Shown: piece after piece, positions 16,413-24,569 of the stretch
How the letters are laid out: each line of letters opens with the position of its first letter
How positions within the stretch are numbered: the stretch's first letter is position 1
Virus record (IMG/VR): IMGVR_UViG_3300009687_000008
Span: 1-64,000 of that record
Strand: one strand, 5' to 3'
Length of the DNA stretch: 64,000 nt
Origin: a virus
Taxonomy: Duplodnaviria; Caudoviricetes
The notes under the pieces: model-generated
What the model was told of the DNA's origin: nothing
Database searches by the model: none
The model's input: the letters and a program-made list of their open reading frames with translations, nothing else
Made by a program: the position numbers and the translations under genes

Positions 16413-16646
16413 TTAATTAATGAATTCAAACTCTTCTTCTCTTAACCTTAATTGTCTTCCTTCATCAGTTTCTACCCATTTAAAACCAGAACCAGAATCA
16501 AAATAATAATAAGCTAAAACACCTTTCAAATTATCATAATCGGTTATAATTTTAATACGTTTTTTCATTTTATATTGTGGTCTGTAATTCACTGAAACAA
16601 CTTCCCAACCATTAGGTGTTATATCCCCTTCTTTATAATCTTTCAT
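16413..16646 (-). CDS. Hypothetical protein inside the sbcD interruption
   Basis: 77-aa ORF with ATGA overlap to the endonuclease gene. Confidence 0.6.
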   Translation of the reverse strand: MKDYKEGDITPNGWEVVSVNYRPQYKMKKRIKIITDYDNLKGVLAYYYFDSGSGFKWVETDEGRQLRLREEEFEFIN

Positions 16647-17482
16647 ATTATTAATTTTTTGTATCTATCATAATTTTTCATAAAGTTAATTACATGTTTA
16701 ATATTGTTGTTATCACAAAATATTTTACATTGTTTGTGTTTTAATAAAAAAATTTCCTCGTCTTCTATGAAACCTTTTACTTCCTCTATGACTTTATCAC
16801 CGTTTCTATATTCTATGTAAAAATCAGGTACATATCGTTTTGTTTTACCGTTATGTTCATATTTTATAATAAAACCATGTTTTTTAGTCCAATAAATAAC
16901 ATTTTCGTCACCATCTAATTCAATCATTCTTTGTTTTTCCCAAGATGAATGATATTGTTCGTCTACCTTATTTTTATTATTAAAATAATACCCTCTTTCA
17001 CAATTACCGTATGTATTATGATTACCACCAAGTATTCTATTAACATTGGCTATAGAAATCTTTTCCCTACCTTCATCACTCATCATAGGGTAATGTCCGT
17101 TCTTTAGTTTATAATTTTCCCTACCTAATTGATTTTTAATTTTTCTATCCTCGCTAGACCAATGGTTTTTGACAGTCTCACTTATTTTTTTCTTTCTTTC
17201 ATCACTGTGTTTACCCCAAGAATTTTTTCTACCGTAATTACCGTTGTTTTCACCTAATTGTGTGTATTTTTGCCAATCTGCTTGACACTCCCTCGAACAA
17301 AACCTTTTTTCTCTTGTTGAATTTTTTACATATGTTACTGTATTGGTGCACCCAGTGTATTCACATTTTCTTATATCTCTCTCTAATTTTTTTATAGATT
17401 GTGCACATATTTTACCACAAAATCTTCTTTCTTTATGGTAGGTTTTAAATTCTTTTTGACATATTTCACATGTTTTTATCAT
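16643..17482 (-). CDS. Putative free-standing homing endonuclease (Zn fingers, NUMOD3-like motif, TnsA-N-type PD-(D/E)XK domain)
   Basis: CEIC...FCGKIC; CEYTGC...FCSREC; HSDERKKKISE; YHSSWEK...RYVPDFYIEY...IEEVKG. Confidence 0.75.
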   Translation of the reverse strand: MIKTCEICQKEFKTYHKERRFCGKICAQSIKKLERDIRKCEYTGCTNTVTYVKNSTREKRFCSRECQADWQKYTQLGENNGNYGRKNSWGKHSDERKKKISETVKNHWSSEDRKIKNQLGRENYKLKNGHYPMMSDEGREKISIANVNRILGGNHNTYGNCERGYYFNNKNKVDEQYHSSWEKQRMIELDGDENVIYWTKKHGFIIKYEHNGKTKRYVPDFYIEYRNGDKVIEEVKGFIEDEEIFLLKHKQCKIFCDNNNIKHVINFMKNYDRYKKLII

Positions 17483-17495
17483 ATTTTTTTATTAT

Positions 17496-17504
17496 ATAAA
17501 TATC
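17496..17504 (-). promoter_or_regulatory. Phage promoter motif GATATTTAT
   Basis: Exact motif 13 nt upstream of the endonuclease ATG. Confidence 0.6.
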
Positions 17505-17525
17505 ACCAAACAAGACAAAATAAGA

Positions 17526-18188
17526 TTAATCACAAAGAACCCAACCGTTATGTAAATAATGACTTAACATAGATTCATCAATTTCTCTTTCTTGTGTTAA
17601 ATAAGTACAACTATATTTGTGGATATCACCACACATAACCAAATCACAACCTTCGAATATGGATATGTCTTTACCATCTTCAAACTCAAATCCAACAGCC
17701 GTTTTAAGACCAATTAAAGGATCGTGATACAAACCAATATAAGATACTTCTTCACCGTATAATTCTCTTGCCTCTTCTATATTAGGTCTCTCAGAACCTT
17801 CCATATGTCCGTATACACACCAAACCACATTTTCATCTTTATATGTTCCTGTGTGTTTTAAAAACATTATATTAGGATTATCCATAGTAGAAATGATGGG
17901 TGTTAAAGCATCCATTCTATCCAAATTGTTAGCCAAGAAATCGTGATTACCCAACGTAATAATAGTCTTTGCTATCTTAGAACATTTATTTAAAAAAGTG
18001 GTAACCATATAGATAAGTTCGGGTGTCATTTGATTCTTAGAATGAACCAAATCACCTACAATAACAATTCTATCAGGTTTCAATTCCTCACATTCTTTGT
18101 AAAACTTCTCAAACTGTTCTGTATATTCTTCATGTCTTTTAAAAAGACGTAAGTGGATGTCTGCTGTATGTACTACTTTATTAATCAT
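17526..18188 (-). CDS. sbcD: SbcD/Mre11/gp47 metallophosphoesterase, N-terminal fragment
   Basis: HTADIH, VGDLVH, LGNHD, LYHD and CGDIHK motifs; the ORF stops ~30 aa after GDIH. Confidence 0.9.
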   Translation of the reverse strand: MINKVVHTADIHLRLFKRHEEYTEQFEKFYKECEELKPDRIVIVGDLVHSKNQMTPELIYMVTTFLNKCSKIAKTIITLGNHDFLANNLDRMDALTPIISTMDNPNIMFLKHTGTYKDENVVWCVYGHMEGSERPNIEEARELYGEEVSYIGLYHDPLIGLKTAVGFEFEDGKDISIFEGCDLVMCGDIHKYSCTYLTQEREIDESMLSHYLHNGWVLCD

Positions 18189-18493
18189 ATAAAACTAAGT
18201 TTAGTTATTTTTTCTATCGGTCTAAAGTCTTTGGATTTGAAAACATCGGGGAATTGTCTTCTGATTTCCATTCTAACTAATTCTCTAAGTGTTTCAACGT
18301 GATGGTCATAAGTTAACCCATAAGCTTGTAAATCATCAGTTAACTCTGGTGTTAATTTTATGTTTGTTTTTCTAACACCGTATCTGTCTTGGAACATAAC
18401 AAATTTCATTGGTACAAAAGTAAAAGCATCATACACAGTTGGTGATGTGGAAAACCCATATTGAGCGAACTCATTTAAAAACCATTCTTCCAT
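18185..18493 (-). CDS. Hypothetical protein
   Basis: 102-aa coupled ORF. Confidence 0.65.
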   Translation of the reverse strand: MEEWFLNEFAQYGFSTSPTVYDAFTFVPMKFVMFQDRYGVRKTNIKLTPELTDDLQAYGLTYDHHVETLRELVRMEIRRQFPDVFKSKDFRPIEKITKLSFI

Positions 18494-18494
18494 A

Positions 18495-18968
18495 TTATAA
18501 TCTATGTTTTTTCATAAATTTTAGTGGTTCAATAGGTCCGTTAACTGAATCAACATGGTTATCGTTCCTAAATCTAGGTCCAACCATTTCACTATATACA
18601 CTAAGTAATTCAGCTTCGACATCTATACTAGCGTAAACATTAAGGTCAGACCTTAATGCCATAGCATTATCACCGTTCCACCAAGTTTTAAATTCATCTA
18701 AAACTCTTAAGGGATTAACACCACCGTGAAAAATGTAACTATCGTCTTGCCAATTATTTTCACTCTCAACACATATCCTACGTAATAGTGGGAATATTAG
18801 TACTTCTATTTGACCATAATCACGTTGATAATTTGGTTGGTCCTGAATAGTAAGTAGATGTCTAGCTAAAATCTCAAATTTTAAAGCCATACGTGTTTTA
18901 TGAAAATCACTTAGTTTAACTAAAAGACCAGTTACCTCCCAATTACCCACTAATAAATTTAAATCCAT
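18495..18968 (-). CDS. Hypothetical protein
   Basis: 157-aa coupled ORF. Confidence 0.65.
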   Translation of the reverse strand: MDLNLLVGNWEVTGLLVKLSDFHKTRMALKFEILARHLLTIQDQPNYQRDYGQIEVLIFPLLRRICVESENNWQDDSYIFHGGVNPLRVLDEFKTWWNGDNAMALRSDLNVYASIDVEAELLSVYSEMVGPRFRNDNHVDSVNGPIEPLKFMKKHRL

Positions 18969-19915
18969 TATACTTTTTGTTTAATATTATCTAACCTCTT
19001 ATAAGCCCATCTTTCCTTCCAATGGTTGACCAAAGTGTCAACACTTAAATCATATGGTTTAAGTTCTTTATCGATACCTTTTAAGAATTCGGATGTATTC
19101 TCACCTCTATCACACCAATAAATCCCTCTACGATTACCGTGGGTTGTTAAGGTTCTAGCATCAATTCCTAAATAATCACTTGCTTTTCTAATGATATTAA
19201 TTCTTGAATTTTTACCACTAGTAAACTGACCACCAGGTATTTCACCCTCTTCCTCTTCCACCACCAACCTCATCTGTTGATAAAGCCCTTCATCAATTTG
19301 AACAGTTCCCTGTCCTTGGGTTAATCCAAGATATTTGAAATGTTTCAGTCGGTTATACTGTACTCCTCTACCATATAAAGAAGTTACTGTTAAACCAGCC
19401 AATTCATCATTATATTTTTCTTTCCAATGGTTAGCAACAACATCAGAAGCAGCTAATAGTGTTAATAATTTACCCCCACACATATTATAACCAAAATGTC
19501 TTGTTGGTACACAAACCGAAATGTTTGCGATATTACGATTCCTCAAAACTCTATCATTTTTATCCCAACCAATATGTCTATCTCTAGGTCCTAGAGCTAA
19601 AAAATCGGCAGCTATATCCAAAATACCTAAATTCTTTTCATCGTAAGCATTCTTAACTAAGAAATAATTGTTACGACCTGGACTTCGTCTAAACGGAAAA
19701 GAAGATACATGTTCTTCAATACTTTTCCATTCTCTCCATAATTTACTTGTAGAATCAACAGGTATTAAAATCGGTTGGATATTGTTTGGGTCTTCAACCA
19801 CACTCTCACCAATCCATATAGGATCATACTTTTTAACCTGTCTATCTTTTTGTTCTTCTTGACTTAAAAACTTAAAGTTTAACAAGTCGTGTTTAAGTTG
19901 TTCTCTATTTACCAT
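18968..19915 (-). CDS. DUF4338 / DruA-like protein
   Basis: PGRNNYFLV, RDRHIGW, ISVCVPTRHFGYNMCGGKLL, TVTSLYG...QYNRL. Confidence 0.75.
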   Translation of the reverse strand: MVNREQLKHDLLNFKFLSQEEQKDRQVKKYDPIWIGESVVEDPNNIQPILIPVDSTSKLWREWKSIEEHVSSFPFRRSPGRNNYFLVKNAYDEKNLGILDIAADFLALGPRDRHIGWDKNDRVLRNRNIANISVCVPTRHFGYNMCGGKLLTLLAASDVVANHWKEKYNDELAGLTVTSLYGRGVQYNRLKHFKYLGLTQGQGTVQIDEGLYQQMRLVVEEEEGEIPGGQFTSGKNSRINIIRKASDYLGIDARTLTTHGNRRGIYWCDRGENTSEFLKGIDKELKPYDLSVDTLVNHWKERWAYKRLDNIKQKV

Positions 19916-20561
19916 TTAAAAAATTATGTGGTTTTAAAAATTTAGTTAACCAATTTTCTTTCAATCCTCTTATTGGAAATCCGTGACCCGTCATAAAGTC
20001 TACCCAACTATCCAAAACTTCTCGTCTAATATAGGCATCAAAACCGTATTGCTCTTGAATTCGACTCTCTGTCCAAGGATTATGAAAGTGAATTGTATGG
20101 TTATTATCTCGACACCATTCAATTAACCTTAGAGTTACATCCGTATTACCGTTTGGTGTTGTACAATAATAAGCGTTTAGAGGTAACCCATAGTAAGATG
20201 GATATCTGTAAGTTGTTGAATCAAAGAAGTCAGAAGGAAAATAACCAAACTCATCTAAAAACCAAAAATCGGGGTCCATTTGACCTCTATTTAATTTAAG
20301 TGAATGACGTAAACTAATTCTAGACATGTAGACGTTATCTACCATTCTATAAATTAGTTCGTCAGGCCACTCTAAACCGTATTCTAAAGAACAATTTAAG
20401 GCAAGTTTTTCCCTAATCATTCTTTGAATATTTTTTGTACAACCAGTGTGAAGTCCAACAACAGCTATCTTGTGCTCGGTATTGTTACGTAAATAATCTA
20501 CCGCGGCATTGACAAGTCTTGTTGTTTTACCTGATTGTCGTGGAGAAATTTCTACATACAT
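19905..20561 (-). CDS. Stand-alone terminase-like P-loop ATPase domain
   Basis: SPRQSGKT Walker A, WFLDEF Walker B, TTPNG coupling motif; no nuclease domain. Confidence 0.65.
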   Translation of the reverse strand: MYVEISPRQSGKTTRLVNAAVDYLRNNTEHKIAVVGLHTGCTKNIQRMIREKLALNCSLEYGLEWPDELIYRMVDNVYMSRISLRHSLKLNRGQMDPDFWFLDEFGYFPSDFFDSTTYRYPSYYGLPLNAYYCTTPNGNTDVTLRLIEWCRDNNHTIHFHNPWTESRIQEQYGFDAYIRREVLDSWVDFMTGHGFPIRGLKENWLTKFLKPHNFLNGK

Positions 20562-20565
20562 GAAA

Positions 20566-20967
20566 TTACTTTGTTACTGCATCACTTATTATCTTCGCCT
20601 CTTCGGTAACGTGTTCCCCCATTTTTCTTAAGTTAGAATTAGCCTTGTCCCAAGCTTGATAAAGGTCCATTGGGAAATCTTTTGATTCTTTAATCATATC
20701 CTCAAGAGCCTTTTCTCTTAATTCTTGAATTTCTTTCAATGCATCAGCAAGACTTTTATTCTTTTTAAACAACTCATTTTTGTAAGCTCTAAGTTTATCA
20801 TTCTCTTCAATCCTGTTCATTAATTTCAAAGAGTGAGTTAAGAAATCTTGATTAGCTTTTTCAACATTTTTTACCACTTGTTTTTGTGTTTCTACAACCA
20901 CTTCGGTTGTTTGGTCCATTAAGTCTGCTACAGCTCTTAATAGATTTGATACTTTTTTGTTATCCAT
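20566..20967 (-). CDS. Hypothetical coiled-coil protein
   Basis: 133-aa helical ORF. Confidence 0.65.
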   Translation of the reverse strand: MDNKKVSNLLRAVADLMDQTTEVVVETQKQVVKNVEKANQDFLTHSLKLMNRIEENDKLRAYKNELFKKNKSLADALKEIQELREKALEDMIKESKDFPMDLYQAWDKANSNLRKMGEHVTEEAKIISDAVTK

Positions 20968-21253
20968 TTTTTATGAATTTATGTTTTGTTATTCTTTTTT
21001 TAATATTAAACTCAGGGTATAAAATTTCCTGAATTTCAGGCCTTTGTACCCATCTTGGCCAAAAATCTTCATCTGTTAGTGTGACATCATACCTCAAATT
21101 AATAGTCCCACAAGTTTCACATATATGGTTTTTACAATCATGTTTAAACATCTTTATTCTGAAAATTTTGTAGTAAATAAATTCTACAACCTTTCCGAGG
21201 TATCCAACGTTTTCACCACATTTTTGACAACAATATGAAGGATGCTTTCTCAT
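20960..21253 (-). CDS. Hypothetical protein with CxxC pairs
   Basis: CQKC and CETC motifs. Confidence 0.55.
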   Translation of the reverse strand: MRKHPSYCCQKCGENVGYLGKVVEFIYYKIFRIKMFKHDCKNHICETCGTINLRYDVTLTDEDFWPRWVQRPEIQEILYPEFNIKKRITKHKFIKNG

Positions 21254-22401
21254 TATCTTACCATATCAACATTACCAGACTCAATTCTCTCTAACGTGTA
21301 GATTTCTAAGTCGTTTCTTAATCTACCTTCATTCTTTAATGTCTCATAACGATTTTGAGCCTTATTCTTCCACCAATCAATCATATGAGTTAAATGGTAT
21401 CTATCCCAATTATCTCTCTTAACTAAAGGAACTTTACCATCACTAGCAATATATTGTGGTACGTTATCATAACCGTAGTTACAATAATAGTATCTCTTTT
21501 TAGTTTTAGCCTTCATATGGGTCTTAGTGAATTCACTAAATTCTTTAAACTTCAAAGGGTTTTGTACCTTTAAATGGTTTTTAAGGATAGAAACCATTTT
21601 ATTGAATTCTCTCATTTTAGGACCAGAAGGACCTGGGTCTACCATAGAACCACCCCATTCAGGTTTACCGTAATGCGGTCTCAAGGCATCTCTAACAGCC
21701 ATAAAAACATCATCATTAGGGAATAAGAATAAATCAGATTCAGTCATACTACCATATCTCATAAACGGTTTAAGACCGTCATATTGACTCACACCTTTAA
21801 TATCACCATAAAGTGAGGTTGTCTCCATAAAGACAGTATCAATACGGTCACCGTATTTATCTTTTAACATTTGACGTGCCTCATGTGAACAACATATTAA
21901 AGCTAATAATTTACCACCCAAGTAGTTATACCCAAACGGTTGAACGGGAACGATAATCGCTCCATTAATCATGTATTTATTAACTTCGTTTGCTGTAATT
22001 TTTAAACCTTGGAATAGGTCGTTACGGGGTTTAATTGATAAAACGGGTGAAGCTAGACGAATAAAACCAACATATTTGTTAGTTGTTGTTTCTTTAACCC
22101 CAATCATAATTTGTCTACCAATTTGGGATTCTAGGGGTAGGGATGTAATAATTTGTGTTGCTGGATTGAATAATTTACCCTCAATAATTTCAATCTCAAA
22201 CTTCATATCCTTTGGTTCAACACCATAGTCATCGAACATTAGTTTAGTGTATTTATCGTGGTCAACACCCACTACTTTCTCTTTCTTTCTTTCAAGGAAA
22301 TAATCCTGAATTGTGTCTAATCCTTCATAAAAACCCATCAACCTATTTGTTAAATCAAGGGTTTCTTCGGGTGTTAATTTTGTATCGAAAACTTCTGCCA
22401 T
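21253..22401 (-). CDS. Second DUF4338-like protein; likely start MAEVFD at 22401
   Basis: IGRQI, YVGFIRLASP, IIVPVQPFGYNYLGGKLLALICCS, ETTSLYG...SQYDG. Confidence 0.75.
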   Translation of the reverse strand: MAEVFDTKLTPEETLDLTNRLMGFYEGLDTIQDYFLERKKEKVVGVDHDKYTKLMFDDYGVEPKDMKFEIEIIEGKLFNPATQIITSLPLESQIGRQIMIGVKETTTNKYVGFIRLASPVLSIKPRNDLFQGLKITANEVNKYMINGAIIVPVQPFGYNYLGGKLLALICCSHEARQMLKDKYGDRIDTVFMETTSLYGDIKGVSQYDGLKPFMRYGSMTESDLFLFPNDDVFMAVRDALRPHYGKPEWGGSMVDPGPSGPKMREFNKMVSILKNHLKVQNPLKFKEFSEFTKTHMKAKTKKRYYYCNYGYDNVPQYIASDGKVPLVKRDNWDRYHLTHMIDWWKNKAQNRYETLKNEGRLRNDLEIYTLERIESGNVDMVR

Positions 22402-22402
22402 T

Positions 22403-22433
22403 TTTGCCAATTTAAATATTATTATTATCTTTG
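22403..22433 (+). promoter_or_regulatory. Bacteroidota-type promoter TTTG-N19-TATCTTTG
   Basis: Full consensus with canonical spacing upstream of ATG 22464. Confidence 0.7.
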
Positions 22434-22463
22434 TAATGTTAATCAAAAAAGGTCAATCAGTAA

Positions 22464-23021
22464 ATGGGACAATCAAGAAATAAAACAGGTGTGGACTTCG
22501 AAAAGATGATTTGTGAAACCAAGGGTTGGTCCCACACTCCGGCATCACCTAAAATTATATGGACGGGTGTTGGTCGTACCAATTTCGATAAGATTGCCTC
22601 TGTTGGATTTGATGCTAGTAAATTTTTACCCACTTCTGAATCTACTTTTGAAAAGTTTGACGCTATTACCCCTAACGGTGAGAAGGTTGAACTTAAGAAA
22701 TATAAAACCTCTAAAGCTAAAAAATGGACTGCTTATTCAGAGCCCATTTTTAAAGTAGCTTCAAAAAATATGGTTGAACATGTTACCTTACTTTTCGGTA
22801 AAGGTAATTTATCTTTAGCTCAAACAAATTACAATAAATTTGTTTCAGATATGTTCAACTACGTTGGTCAGGATATCTTAGACAATATCACCCGTTCTAA
22901 TATTGGTATTCAATTAGAAGATGGTTTCGTACCACAATCTAACTTGGAATACCGTTGGAGAATTAAAAAGGGTTGGAAGGGTTTTAACCGTCTTTCTATT
23001 GAATTCCGTATCAAAGATTAA
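22464..23021 (+). CDS. Putative PD-(D/E)XK restriction-endonuclease-like protein
   Basis: GVDFEKMI helix and KFDAITPNGEKVELKK (D-x8-E-x-K). Confidence 0.5.
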   Translation: MGQSRNKTGVDFEKMICETKGWSHTPASPKIIWTGVGRTNFDKIASVGFDASKFLPTSESTFEKFDAITPNGEKVELKKYKTSKAKKWTAYSEPIFKVASKNMVEHVTLLFGKGNLSLAQTNYNKFVSDMFNYVGQDILDNITRSNIGIQLEDGFVPQSNLEYRWRIKKGWKGFNRLSIEFRIKD

Positions 23022-23329
23022 TTAATTAATGAATTAATTCTCTGTGTGTAAGCCTGTGCTTGTTGTAATCCAACCATTTTATCTACAACAACACCGTTTT
23101 TATAAAATACTACTGTAGGTACACCTCTAATACCATCTTTAATAGCTAAATCTGAGTGGACATCAATATTAACTTCACCAGCATTAATGTTTGGGAAATC
23201 GTTTAATACACCATCAAGAATTGGTGATAATACTTTACAGGGTCCACACCAATCTGCTGCGTATTTTACAAGTGTTAATTTGTCTTCTTTTATCTTTTCT
23301 TGATAAGTTGTTGAATCGAATTGTTGCAT
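23018..23329 (-). CDS. trxA: Thioredoxin
   Basis: ADWCGPCK and IRGVPT. Confidence 0.95.
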   Translation of the reverse strand: MQQFDSTTYQEKIKEDKLTLVKYAADWCGPCKVLSPILDGVLNDFPNINAGEVNIDVHSDLAIKDGIRGVPTVVFYKNGVVVDKMVGLQQAQAYTQRINSLIN

Positions 23330-23339
23330 AATTTTACTT

Positions 23340-24086
23340 TTATTTATTATTATTTTTAGACCAGTAATCTAATATGGCTTTAGCTTCTAACCCCATATAT
23401 GGAAGAGGGATTAGTTGAAAACCTTTTTCTTTATCATAATAGAAGATACCTAATCTTCCTACTTTCTTTTTCGTTTCCATTTGGAACATGTAAGCGTATA
23501 TCGATAACTGTAAAGCATAAATATTATACTGACAGTCAGAAAGATGAGAAACTGGAGCATTTAACCAATGATTATATTCTGATATAAATCTAAACTTTTT
23601 GTTAGTTTTCCAATCCCAAACATTAAAATAGTCACCACAATCTTCAATTATATCGGCAGTACCAGCTAATTTATGTTTTTCAGAAAAGAGTATGGTTTCA
23701 GGATATATAGTTCCCACGGTCATGGGATCAATCTCTTGGAACTTGGATATTAATTCTCTCTCGTAATCGTCTTTAGGGAAATAAATTTTATTAGCTAAAA
23801 GATATCTTTCCATTATTTCATGGATTTCAGTACCATATTCGTTAGCCTCATCGTTAATACGTTTCCATTCAGCTAATATCTCAGCTTGAGACATGTTCTG
23901 ATATTGTTCCTTCTTTTTGGAAGGGTCTTGCATAGAAATAGCTAGGGCAATCTCTTCTGAGTTAAACTCAGGTTCCAACATACCCAATACGGTGGTTACC
24001 GATTTAAATTTTTCCTTTGTGAACTTATGGATATAAACGTGTTCAATAGGTTCTAGGAAAACTACACTATCTCTCTTTTTTGCCAT
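23340..24086 (-). CDS. PD-(D/E)XK exonuclease (RecB/Cas4/lambda-exonuclease-like, no Fe-S cysteines)
   Basis: GTEIHE, LAGTADII, VWDWKT, YALQLSIY. Confidence 0.85.
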   Translation of the reverse strand: MAKKRDSVVFLEPIEHVYIHKFTKEKFKSVTTVLGMLEPEFNSEEIALAISMQDPSKKKEQYQNMSQAEILAEWKRINDEANEYGTEIHEIMERYLLANKIYFPKDDYERELISKFQEIDPMTVGTIYPETILFSEKHKLAGTADIIEDCGDYFNVWDWKTNKKFRFISEYNHWLNAPVSHLSDCQYNIYALQLSIYAYMFQMETKKKVGRLGIFYYDKEKGFQLIPLPYMGLEAKAILDYWSKNNNK

Positions 24087-24367
24087 TATCTACTAATTGA
24101 TTTTAATATACGGGACATTCTTTCCACATGTCTTCTTCTTTCTTCCTCTTCTAATAATTCTTTTTGTTTCCTAAGTTCTTCTTCTTCATTGAATTTGAAT
24201 ACTTTGAAATCGGTGAAAGATGCACGTGCGGACAACAACTTCTTCATTTCATTTATTTCTCGTGTCAAAGTATTAACAACATCTTTTAATTCATTAATTT
24301 CTTCTTCCATCCTATCTTTTTCGTGATAATAAGGTGGATTTGTGTAGTGATAACTAGCCATTCCCAT
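24086..24367 (-). CDS. Hypothetical coiled-coil protein
   Basis: 93-aa coupled ORF. Confidence 0.55.
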   Translation of the reverse strand: MGMASYHYTNPPYYHEKDRMEEEINELKDVVNTLTREINEMKKLLSARASFTDFKVFKFNEEEELRKQKELLEEEERRRHVERMSRILKSISR

Positions 24368-24569
24368 ATAAATTTGTTTCTTTTATTAACCTATCTAATA
24401 TTTTAGGTTCTTCTGTTTCTTTAATAATATCACAAACTTTAGATGAAAAATCATCTTCAGTTATAAGAGCATCGGGTTTTTTAATTAACTTAATTAAAGA
24501 TTCTAAACCATCTTCTCTAACTACATCTCTTATTATTTTTTCATTAATATATCTTTTATTGAATCCCAT
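24354..24569 (-). CDS. Hypothetical protein
   Basis: 71-aa coupled ORF. Confidence 0.6.
   Translation of the reverse strand: MGFNKRYINEKIIRDVVREDGLESLIKLIKKPDALITEDDFSSKVCDIIKETEEPKILDRLIKETNLYGNG

Noticed and set aside
16386-17525. Group I/II intron or intein interrupting sbcD
   Set aside because: Only 27 and 43 nt of AT-rich non-coding sequence flank the inserted ORFs; no intron core or intein C/S...HN termini, and both halves have their own start and stop
23340-24086. Cas4 indicating a CRISPR-Cas system
   Set aside because: No Fe-S cysteine cluster, no other cas genes and no array; best read as a phage RecB-family exonuclease
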